Assembly: GCF_000150275.1 (NCBI RefSeq)
Contig: NW_002060956.1
Coordinates: 1,486,280-1,550,279 of the forward strand
DNA from: Trichoplax adhaerens
Lineage: Eukaryota > Animalia > Placozoa
Direction of reading: 5' to 3'
Length of the DNA: 64,000 nt
The notes beneath the pieces were generated by a model. The model did no database searches. It was given only the letters and a program-made list of their open reading frames with translations, and was not told the origin of the DNA. Shown here piece by piece: positions 11,330 through 27,423 of the stretch. Position numbers and translations under genes: made by a program. Position 1 is the stretch's first letter. Each line of letters opens with the position of its first letter.

Positions 11330-12920
11330 TACTGTGTACTGTACCGTAGGAGTATACAGTAAGACAAGAGCATTCCGAGGCTGTTGCAGAAACCCTGTAC
11401 CTGAATGATTTATCACATTTACAAGTTGTACTATTCAACAGTACAGAACTTGCTTTATTCAAACACTAATTACGGTAGTATATTAGGCGCCTCTCGCCAG
11501 CAAATGAAATGTATCAAGGTCTGATTGAATTAATTAATTAATTAAGTAATCTTTGCTGCACCAGCAGCAGGATAAGTAGCAGTGTACTGTACAGTGTACA
11601 GTACCATGGACCAGCAAAAGAAAGCCTCAATTGCTGAAAGGTTTTTCTTTAAAAGTCCCTAAGGACAGTAGATACTGTACTGTACTCTGGCACATATGAT
11701 ATTATACACAATATATAGAGTTCAAATACGTTAATGCTCTATTCTGGGCGACTTGCGTCGAGTTTTGAAAAGGATTTGACCAAATACTGTATGTCTAGTT
11801 CTTGATTGGACGTTGGGTTTTCGCTGCCTATGTAAACGTACCATAAATTGTATTATGCCGTCTACGATTGTAGGCTTGCTAATAGCTTATAGCAAGTTAA
11901 AAGCTTGGAACCTGACTATGGAATATTTATGTTTAATGCACTGTCGACTGAGTGCCGAGTGTGCGGATTCGGCTAGTATCGCACCACACCGGACCCAGTT
12001 TACGCTGCTTATGATGTTGGGAGTCCGTGCGTGTGTTTGAATATACTTTACTGTACTAGCATGTACTGTAAAATGGCGATTTTACAAGAATAACGGTACA
12101 CCATAAATGGTGAAAAAACATTTTCAACATGTAATTGACCAAAAAGTTGCAACAGCATGCCCAAGAGAGCTTACTGTTTCCACATACAGTATAAAAAATT
12201 GACTTAATTTCGTCAAAAATGCCCGCATACTGTACAGTACAGTACAGTATAATGTACTGTACTGTACAGTATGTGCTGATTCATCGGATTGGAAAAGGAT
12301 CGCACTGCACAGTGTACAGTATGTTTGTGCGCAGTGCACATTTTACCGTACTGTACTGTACAGTACAGTACAGTACAGTACGCTACAGCTCGATCAAGAG
12401 CGCAACCCAAGAAAAGATTGTGGAAAACAGGCGTTGTACTGTACTGTACACTGTAATGTACAGTACTATACACTCACGTGACGTACTGTACAGTATTGTA
12501 CTGACCACTGTGACACGTGCACACGAACACGACTCTGCCTTACTGAAAGTGAGAGATCAAGTCAGTAACTGTACTGTACTGTACGCTATGGAATAGGGTT
12601 TTGTAGAGAAATGGACAGTAGAAGTACTGTACGCTGCATCGTACTGTACTGTAGAGGTCCAAAAAAGGGGGGAAAAACCATGGCACTGTACAGTACGCTG
12701 TACTGTACTGTACTGTGTACACGTGTACTGTACTGTACCACCGACTACAGTACAGTACCACAAATTTCCAAGGACTGTCTGAAATGTACTGTATAGCACT
12801 GTACAATAAGTTTAGTCCGTGGATACTGCCATCAGCGGGTGAAGCGGTATTCGACTGTCGCTTGCATCGTGGAAGTTTGCTTCAATGTGGTGTACTACTA
12901 CTATACTGTATACTACTGTG
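11330..12920. repeat. Dense cluster of short (ACTGT)n/(ACAGT)n pentamer arrays in both orientations, interspersed with unique segments
   Basis: Examples: gtactgtactgtacagtacagtacagtacagtac (~12349-12381) and tgtactgtactgtactgtgtac (~12699-12720). Densest at 12225-12805. This explains the spurious YCTV/VQYS-rich ORFs in all frames. Confidence 0.85.
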
Positions 12921-13314
12921 TAGTAATTAGCATAGAATAGCACACGGTATAACGTAGCCTGACGCCAACGCAGACACTAAGCACTCCGGTGCCGTACAGC
13001 AGCGTAGTAACGGCTTATTATTGTTCCTAAATTGACTTTTCTCGACGAATTTGAATTTTTTGGGGGACTCTTACTCAATGTAGAAATCTTTCTATTCCAT
13101 CTTATTATAAACAGTAGTAAAAGGTGATCTAATTTTACTACGTTGATATCATTGTTGAAGCCTGAGTATGATTTCTAAATTACTTTAGCATCAAATTAAT
13201 GTCTTTATGTTCTTCTTACATGCAGAAGAAAAAAACCCTGTGAATGTGACAAACTAGCTTGACGCGTGCGCAACACTAAATTACAGAAGCTGCTATTAAC
13301 TGTAAATTAAAACG

Positions 13315-17238
<3,924 letters not shown>

Positions 17239-18321
17239 AATTCAGTTTCTGTGTTACTTTTACTTTCATTATAATTTTTTTTTATATGTGTGGAAGCATG
17301 GACAATAATAGCTATATTAAAGTGCTGACTAATAGCGAAGGTATAACTTCGTATTAATGTAAATTGAGCGGAGTTCTGTTAAGTGTTTCAGCAAGATTAT
17401 GGCATGTTCAACAGCAAGTTAAATCTATGGAGACATTATTTGAAAACAATCTTGTTACATTAAGATCGAGAGATTAACGATTACTTATACTTATGCTTGT
17501 AAGGATTCCATGGGACTTTCGACTGTATTATATCTATTTACTGTTAATAATAATTATTAAATCATATTTTATAGCATATCGATATCTCTAGATACCAGTA
17601 AGCTTTATCCTTAAAGACTAAATTATACTTCGTTTAATGATATATTCAGAAAACGACTTAGTAGTGAATGAAGACATATGTATAATACTACGCGATATGC
17701 TATATTAAGGTGTGTATGCTTAGTAAAAATGGAAACTAAGGTATTATAACTTTCAATTATTTATAATGTACAGTGTCATAGTATATCGCTATATAGATAG
17801 CGTTGCTTATTCGATCCGACTAAAAATTATGAATATTATTTGACTTTGAATTCTCAGTCATCTAATTAGTAAACCAAAATAAAATTTCAAATTTCGATTA
17901 CGTTTCCTTCTTTTGAGTTTCATGTAGCCCATTTTCAGCGATTTCTGTTAAGCTTTATCTTACAATTAACTTGTTACTCTGTACTCGAAACACTAAGTAA
18001 AATACGCCGTTAATATTGTGAATATACTATATATGTTAACATATATACTATAACGAATAAACTAATCGTAAGGATTTGTAGTATCCTTAGTGCTCATCGT
18101 AAGTAAATTTTCGAAGTTTTCTATTAAAATGTATCTCTCACTGTTGTAGTAGTACGTCTGCATAAGCGTTATTAATAGCTCATGCTAAAATGTTTATCTG
18201 TGATCTTGGAACAGTGCCTTACTTGCAAATTCACGCGTTCGTCCAATATTCAACTTTAAATTCGAGCGCTACCGTGTGGTAATGCAATATGTAAGATATA
18301 ATAACCGTCTGAGCATGCGTT

Positions 18322-18335
18322 GGTACCATAGTAAC
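18322..18335. promoter_or_regulatory. Candidate RFX X-box upstream of IQCE
   Basis: GGTACCATAGTAAC matches GTHNYYATRRNAAC at 13 of 14 positions. It is ~920 bp upstream of the inferred ATG of a ciliary gene. Confidence 0.35.
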
Positions 18336-19251
18336 GAGACACATTCTTAGTTTTATCGACTTCACTGCACTCTTTATACTGTACATACACAGTTCTATAC
18401 ATGCTTCGGATCTGGACTTAAGTTGTAATATCGAAGCATTATAATTAATTTTACCATTTTACCATACTGCGTGTATACTATACAAGTATTGTTAATGTTA
18501 TTATATCGATAACCATAAATACGTTTGATAACTATCACTGCTTGTTACAGATTATACCGTATCATATACTAGTTCTGATAAGATCTGCTTGTATATGAGA
18601 ACGCTAAATGCCATTCCCTACACCGTTAGAATACCGTGCTGCTGCATGATTATTAGCCGAAATACATCTAGCCTATCAACTCTTTCAGCTTGCTGCTATG
18701 CATACATAGGATAAATAACATATAAAATAAGTCAATGATTAAGGTGTCTAGCTATAGCATATTATACTGGAGATTATATCTATACTATTCGTAAATTCAG
18801 TAATAGAGAGAAGTACAGTAATAATAAGGCGATTGTTACATGCACGTTAGAATAAGTTTTCGTACAGTTTTTATAGTTTTAGTACCTTTAAAAGCGTCAA
18901 ATTGTTTTAGTCTTAAGTAGATTAAGAAAAGGCGATAGCTACAATTTGTTGGATCGTATACTACTCACTTTAGTACGATTCATTGACTCTATTGGCCAAG
19001 CTTGTTCTCTAAGATTTATGCCGTACAGCATAATTTGTGAAAGTTAATCGAGTAATTCCATCTAAAGTAATATTTATTCATTCAGGTAAACAACAAATTT
19101 ATAGAAATTTTATTTGGACTAGCTCAAGCACTTGGCATTAATATATATTTCCTGATGTTTAATATCTATCTAATATAGATATTGTTACTGATTGCGGTTT
19201 TAATGAATTATTCCGTTGCTCGATAGCAGAAAAGTGGGCCGTAGACCAATC

Positions 19252-22200
19252 ATGGACAGCGAAAATTATGTTAGTAATACCGATAGCTTGACGGTCGTGT
19301 TTTATGTTATCGTATTATAGGCAGTTTATAAATTATATTATTGACATTAAATTGGTTCTATGGCACTGCAAGTTTAACAAAAATTTTAAAGCTACAGTTG
19401 ACAGCTTAGTCTCTGTAACTTTAAGATATTATTCTAAAGTTTGAAGTGCAGAGTAGGGAAAATAATAATTAAACTGTCTATGATACGATAACATATAACA
19501 TCTAAAATAATAATTAATTTGTCCATAAATCTCGAATGAAATTTAATCGGGTACATCAATAGGAATCAGGCAGTAATGACGAAGCAGGATCGATCATCTC
19601 TGTGGTAAGATAGTCAAACTTCTAAATTCCTATAAATTCAAATAATCTTGGTTGAGTACTCCTATTAATCATAAGAGTATCCTTAATATTTATATGCGAA
19701 TGTTGTTGTCACATAAATATCTGCTTAATTACTCATCATGAATGAATGCTTTGATCCTGCAAATTATAGTCCAGCACCGGTTCCGTACGATGTACGTAAA
19801 ATATATTTATGTACTTAAAATGTATAGATATTTTTGATTACTATTAGAGTAATATTAACAAAGTAATAAGATTTTTCGTTATATTTTCCTTTGATATATT
19901 GTAGTATCCGCAACAAAGCAATCATCTAAAAAAAAGAACAAAGCTAAGAAGTCTACTACAGGTAACAGTTAGCATATTTGTGCATTTTTATCATTTCTGC
20001 AAAGATAATTAAATTTACTCGGAGAAACAGGTAATATTTAAGCAATAATTTCAATATTGAAAATTTCGGTATTGATCTATAGGGAGTTCGCCGTATTCAA
20101 ATAAGAGTAAATCATTAAATGCAACAAAAAAGGGAGTAAAAACTTCACATGAACGATGGGTTGAAGCTGTTCGTTCAAGAACTGCTGGTATCTTTCTGAC
20201 ATAATGAATAAATGATATTACATTAGTACAGAGTATTTAATCGTACGCTATGTTCTTCCTTCATTAAATTATAATTTAATTGTTGTAATAGCACTTACGC
20301 CTCAAAGTAGCATGGGACTAGCTCCTGGGATCAAGAATCCAGCACAAAAGAGCATGAGTCAATATTTACAGACACTACTAAAGGTATCTATCCTCTGGTA
20401 AACTACTACAAGACGCTGTCATTAATATATTCTACTAACATCATATTTCATTAAATAATAACATCGTATTTCCAAGGGAGGTGACCCTGAAGTTGAAATA
20501 CAGAAGCCAAAGCGAAATGCTAGTGAGACTCTATCTGATGTTTCTTGATACAACACAATATGAATGGGGATAGCTTATGGGATATATTTAAATTAATATA
20601 GAAACTCGAAATTCTGTAAATGGGTTTTCTTATAAGCCTCAAGAAGATATGCACGATGAGATTATAGAACAAAAAAAGGTTACCACAAGAGTATATAGCT
20701 GTTAGAATCTTAGAGCTGAATAATACATATTTATAGTAGCCTAACGGCCAAAGACCTACTTAAAACGTTTATGCCGCAGTATTATCTGGCAGAAATAGTA
20801 AGAGTTCATAAAATATAAAGAAGATAATACGGTATTTCAATACTGATTATAATTGCAGATTGTTGCTAATCTAAGAAAAGAGATTGATAATCAACGCGCA
20901 GCGATCAGAAAATTAGAACTAGAAACAAATAGAAAGGTAGAGCTAGATATTGTCACATGAATAATACGCTCGATAAATGTCTTGTGATAGATTTACTTAA
21001 ATTAAATAACAGAGGATTTTAATGCTAATATAAAGTATGAATTGCTTTATCAGGATAAACGAATAGAGCAACTAATACAAACAGGAGAGGTAAGACTGTA
21101 ATTCATATTCTATTAACAAACACCACAAATTTACCACAAACTAACCCTAACACTAACAAATTTGCTTGTCTATCGTAAATAGCAATATAGTGAGTTCTTA
21201 ATATTTAAATTTCTTCTAAAAGCAAAGAAAGTAGTTAACTATGATGTTCAGTCATAATCTATAGCCATTAATACAGTACAAGCGCACATATAATATTACA
21301 AATTTTAAAATCATTAGCTCTGACCTTCTATATGGTAAGCTAAATCTTAACGAATTAATCAGATTCTAATACGCAACCAGATAACTTAAAAGTGTGTCAC
21401 TAATCACGGCATTGACATTATTCGCTATACTATAAATCTAATCATCAAAATTCCAATTTTTTTCAGGAGGAACGTACGAGAACCTTTGGCGATAAAAAAC
21501 TTGAAGCAAGCTCGGTAGGACTAGTGACATAATCCATCAGTAGTAAATCAATAGTTCTTCTAAACATGATGACCAGTAGCTCACCAGCGATAGTTAGATA
21601 AGGCGGCATATATTTCTCCAAGCTTTACAAGAAACAAGATAATTATCATTATGACTGTAATATACTTGAATTTACATATGCTAAACCACATATAATAAGG
21701 TATTTTACTAAATTCAAAGTAAATCGATGATATTTTACGTAATAAGATTAGTAAATATATATGCACGGGCAAGCTAGGTATCTTAAAGTATATTTTAACG
21801 TAAAGTATTACATGCAAGTTGCCAAGCTTGATAAAAATGCCATAGTTGTATTGTACTTCAGATTTCGTCAGATCTTACTTTTATAATGAGTATTAGATAG
21901 CATCGGAACATTTTTTAGATATTAATGATATACAGATTTACTACAGAAGTACATACAGTAGTATGTGTTGCAGTATGCGAAGTCTAATTCAGCTTCAAAA
22001 TTATCGGCTTAACGGTTAAGGCTGACAAAAGTTACGGCTATAACTATCCCCAAATTTTACCAAAGGCTCTTTTATAGTAATTGTGATGCGATAAGAGATT
22101 TTTAATATGACGGTACTATAATCATGTTAGATGGTAAGCACTTTGAAGCAAAGAATCAATTCTTTAGAAAAGGCTAATCGAGAAAAAGAAAAGGAGATTA

Positions 22201-25200
22201 GGTAGGTGTATTATAATTTCTAAGCAACAAGCAATGTGAATGAATTATTTATAAAATACTTCCTTGTTTAAAAATATTGATTACGCCTATCGCAAAATAT
22301 TTAGTAAATTAAAGGACAACATAAAAAATACACAAATAAAGGAAATTGAAATTCACATGGATTCCTATTATCAAGAGGTAATTAAAACCAGGATACGATC
22401 AATGCCAATAGCTAGAGCAAATGAAGCGGGTTATGGCATAGCTCCATGTTATGTGGTCATTATTTAATTTTTCTTTTTTAGGAGTTGACTATAACTGTGT
22501 TTTAGCCTTAGAATCAGATTAAATATTTAAATGAGCAAAATCGTTCAATTAAGTTTTTACTCGAAATCGAAAACACGAATATGATATCCGTCTGGTACAT
22601 ATAAATTAATTTACATTCTATTGTGTCAAATTTCAAGATTCTTAGGTTACAAACTTTATTGAAGGCGAAATCAGATTCTATTGTACCCAAAAAGTAAGTC
22701 GAAGATGTTATTTAAAACAAAAGTGATACGTTACTTATATAGCCAGTAGTATAAACTTCAGCGTAGATAGAATGAAGACAATTATAAATATGTTTCATTT
22801 CATTATCAAGATTGATTACGGGGCACGATGAAGATAAAGCAAAATTAAAATCATTAAGCGAAACGGTATCTAAATTGAAAGGTAAGATAACTTCAAATAT
22901 CAATACTTTATAGTTATATAACAACCATGAGGTACATAGTGATATTGATCACTTGCTATGCGACTAAAATTATTTTCCTATTCCACAGAAACAAACGAAA
23001 AATTGACAGAAGAAAATGAAACTTTGACAACCGAAATAGATAAACTGAAATCAGAAGTAAAAACTACTACTACTGCTAAGAAAACTTCCAAGTCAGCTAA
23101 GGCTCAAGAAGAGATAGATGAAGGTTTATATAAAAATACGAGATCATTAGCCAAATAATGTATTAATTAAATATTCGCTGCCATCGATAAATGAAATCGT
23201 TTTTTAAGTTTAATAAAATATATGCGGTAACCGTTTTCTTCGTTTAGATGCCTTGGAACAGTTATCCAAGAAGGAAATTATTAGGAAATTTTCCCTATTA
23301 AGCAAGGTATAATTTGATTACGGTATTTATACTTATTTATTAAATTTATGTAGCATAAAACACGGTTAATTTATTTTCTGTCATAGAAATTTTCCATCTG
23401 ACTGAATGGAAATTAACAAATATACAGTGCAATTAAAATAGAACAATACTGTATTCTAATGTCATTAACCATTTTTAGAAATTACATGTAGCCGATGATG
23501 ATTTAAAAATGCTCGGTGGCATGACTATCGAAGACGAGAACAGCAATGATTGTAAATATTTGCTATAATTGCTATCTTAGATTAAAGTTTTATTTCTACT
23601 TATTCTGTTGGATATAATATTTCGTAGCTAAGAAATTATTTATCTTTATCTAATATTAGCTAAACCAACTCCATTGCAAGGATCACTGGCTGATCGTGTC
23701 AGACAACTTCAAGCTCGAGAAATTGAATTGTTAGACGATCGCAAAAAATTAAGAGCGGTAGTCAAAAAGCTGAAGGAGGACAGAACTCATTACAGAAATT
23801 TAAGCGACACACTACAGTAAGCTAGCATAAGTCCACAGAAGCTTAATAATAAAAACATATACATAAATGGAATTAGTAGCAAACTGAGGTATATCGAAAC
23901 TTAACATCATGATTCACGAGTGTGAAATATCGGAGAATTAAAGATAATTAGACATTTTGATATACTTCCTTGGTTGCAAGGCAATATATAAAATGTCAAT
24001 CAGTTAGTTAGATTAGTATATAAGCATGTAGGAAGTACCATACGACTGAAAATTAATGATTCTAATGAAATTTCGTCATTATATACCTTAATGTATAAAG
24101 CTATCGAATATGGCGTTTTATTAGTAATAGCAATATACTTTCGATTATAGGATATAAGAGTATCCTTTAAATTTTCTTTTTCGTTTACTTATCCAATCAT
24201 GCATTCTTGTTGCTACATACAGACTTAAGTATGTTACTATTATCGTTGGAATTTGAACATGAAATTATTCTTAATCTGGATGTTAACTATTGCAGGAAAA
24301 AATTAGATGATGGTGGTAGTAAGGGCAGCTTAAAATCAGTAGGAAATCGTCAGCAGAGTGAAAGCTCTGAAAGGTAGCACGAAAATATAACCGAAACATT
24401 AAAAATATAGTAGTTATTCCTTCTAATGTATTCGTACGTTTCAAGGAATAAGGGGAATGATACTAATGAAGATGATAAAGCGACTAAAAGAAAAGAGGCT
24501 ACGAGTTTAGCTAAGCAACTAAGCAATGTACGTCGGTTTTTATGATATTTCTTGTTTAATACTCATCAGAGTAAATTAATTACTATTAGCTATCAAGAAC
24601 TCAGATCTACTAGTATTTATTCGATATTGACGTAAAAATTTTCTGCTAATTCGATATTGATCCTATGAACAGATCCGAGAGCAAGATGCTAAGTTAGACC
24701 CAGAAGAGGTTAGCCTGAATTTGAGACAATTATAGTATATCCAAGTTTGAGTGTATTAGATTACGAATAATTATACGGAAAGTTAATAAATACCGTAATC
24801 ATTAAATAAATATTTACCTTAATAAAATTCATGTAACTTAGAGATGGTTAAAATTATGTGGATATTTCCATAATTGAAAGCACTATTTTCTTATATTAAT
24901 TAATTAATTTTGGACGAAGTGGTGCATCTTAATTCAATCAGCAATAAGGGGACATATGAATCGCAAGCAGTTTCTGGATGATCCTAATGCTTATATTAGG
25001 AAATCAGTTCCATCCGATGATGAGGTTACAACCTATAGTACCAAGTCAAAATTTAAACTAGGAAGATCGTCTAGCACAAGCAGTCAGGATGGAGGTTCAT
25101 TTCGAAAGCAGTCCCTTTTTAGGTATCTTATAAAATTAGAAGTATATTTCATAGTATTACCTGCGCGCTCTAAAATCAATGATATCTCTATATCGTACAA

Positions 25201-26890
25201 AAGAGTGCTAATACCAAAGCGAAAATCAATAAATCAATGTTATCAGTATATTAAAATGCGCTCGCTTTCTGCTTGTTGGTAATTTTTATCATAGATCATC
25301 CCGTTATCAGCTTCGAGTAACATTAAGATAACCGTGTCAGTTTAATTTTAATGTAAATCATGGCATAAGTAGCATTCTTTCACTGAAATACGATGGAAAG
25401 TGAACAAGAGGATAGCTTTAAATAACGTTTAATTTCTGTGATTAATATATATTCAGTCATAATTATTGTCTCATAGATAATGTCAGTTAAAGTTAATTAT
25501 ATTATATAATTACTTGAGCTTTCAATAATGTTACGATTATCTGTAGTGGAGTTATTTATCAGATTTTTTAATAAATCTATGATATAATTTGGATAATCGT
25601 GTAGTAGCTCAAGAGATCAGCAAGAACGATACAAACGCTCCGCAAAGCAAGACATAGATTCTGATGAAAATGCTGGCAGTGCATGGAGAAGTCGATCAAG
25701 TATTTACTTATTCATATTGACAGTTTTAAAAATAGACAGTAGCGGATAAGCTTTATTTTCAAATTAAGTCATTTAGTCTCTAGATGCTGATCGCATCACG
25801 TCCATAATACTGGGATGAGAAACTGTCGTTTAGTAACTCTAAATCTAATTTATAAATAAAATTTATATTTCAAATGTAAATCTAACATAAACCAAACATA
25901 TCTTGTATACTAGTGGATCATGACAACAGAAAAACATCAAGGTACGCAAATGATAAGTCTGACGATGAGGATGATAATGATTACAGCTATCGCTCTCGTT
26001 CAAGTGCAACTTCGAGAGGTAAGAAAATATCTACAAAGTATTAGCTTACAATAAAGCGGAGAACAAGAATAGTTTATTTGACAGACATCAGTAACTATTT
26101 TCGAACAAAAATAAATAAATGAATGTTTATTAAGCAGCTTTATGACGAGAATAAAGCACTCATTAAATTTCGATAAACATAGAAAAACTCTATGAATATT
26201 TATTGATCAATCACATGAGTATCTGTTATTTCCACGTTTACTCAGGTAAAAGAAATTCCAGAGTAGATCAAAATTCCGAAGATTCTGAATCTTCAGATGA
26301 TGCTGTACAAACTTCGAAAGGAAGAAATACTTCTTGTTAGTATAGTTAATTTTAGGCTTACATAATGTTATATTTAATTTTCGAAAAAATCCCTCACTAG
26401 ATGAATTAGAACTGAATGAATCAAAACAGCCGCATATAAATTTTATGACATAAATACGAACTAAGATATTGATAAATATAATCTATCATTTCATTATTAT
26501 TTAGCATCTTACAAAGATCAGAAAAAGCCTAAAGCCACATGGGGCTCAAGCCGACTATCTTCAGATGATGATGATAGACATGTAAGAATTTTAGATTCGT
26601 CGCATTAAAAATATAACTAGTATTGCTCTGCGAACGTAATATCACAACTTTTTTTTACAGTATTAGTATTGAGATACTAATAGCACTGGTATTATTCCAT
26701 TATCAATTAGCATTCTAGCAAGCAAGGGAAAAAGGGAAAGAAAGGAGCAATGAAACATAGTTTGAGTGGACGCTATGATGTTAGTGCATGGGCTGTCGAT
26801 GGTGATGACCTCTATGGTAATAATAATAATAATCGATATGGACATTCGAAAAGAAACGACAGATTGTCGAAAGGGGATGAATTATGGTAG
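19252..26890 (+). CDS. IQCE: IQ domain-containing protein E (coiled-coil plus IQ motif), >20 short exons
   Basis: Spliced translation: MDSENY/ESGSNDEAGSIISV/.../YKPQEDMHDEIIEQKK/IVANLRKEIDNQRAAIRKLELETNRK/DKRIEQLIQTGE/EERTRTFGDKKLEASS/MVSTLKQRINSLEKANREKEKEI/SKLKDNIKNTQIKEIEIHMDSYYQE/ILRLQTLLK. This matches the IQCE core as I recall it (EDMYDEIIELKK...RKDRQIEQLL...LKQRILKLE...METYYEEVHRLQTLL). IQ motif IQSAIRGHMNRKQF at ~24930-24975. The Ser/Asp/Arg-rich tail ends ...KGDELW* at 26890. Start codon and tail exons are less certain. Confidence 0.85.
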
Positions 26891-27396
26891 CATTGTCCAA
26901 AAGGAACTTGAATTGATTTTATGGTACACCTGATGAGGAACTTGCATTTTTTAAGCTTATTATAGTACAGGGTAAATTTATCAGATTAATCTGTATGCAT
27001 TTTACCATCTTCTATTAGCTATGATATATCGTTCTTTGAATTAGAAGGCAGTAATAGTGAATCAATCGCTTATATTCTATCCATGACGACTAATTTTGAT
27101 AGTTTATTATGTAGGTAATATATAAATGCATACATATAACGTTAAATCTCTATGCTTTTAATGTCTTCTATTTAAAGTATGAATAATTAAGTCACATGCT
27201 GTATCCTTGCCTTTATTTTCTAATACAATTCTTCATCTGTTACTATGTACAAAGCAGAATAATAGTAAATCAATTTGTATATTTATTAATTTTGAATTGG
27301 ATTGCCTTGAATACAATCTGAATAAAACTTGATAATTAAGTTTCTTAAAATTAACCATAGCGTATTATATTGCTTGATACGAAAGATATAAGTGAC

Positions 27397-27423
27397 TATA
27401 TATATATATATATATATATATAT
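27397..27423. repeat. (TA)n microsatellite
   Basis: Uninterrupted TA run of ~13 units. Confidence 0.9.

Noticed and set aside
12225-12805. CRISPR-like repeat/spacer appearance
   Set aside because: The repeats vary in length and orientation, spacers are irregular, there are no cas genes, and the context is eukaryotic.
12124-12930. Overlapping ORFs rich in YCTV/VQYS in several frames
   Set aside because: They are translations of the stop-free ACTGT/ACAGT pentamer repeat and show no domain features.
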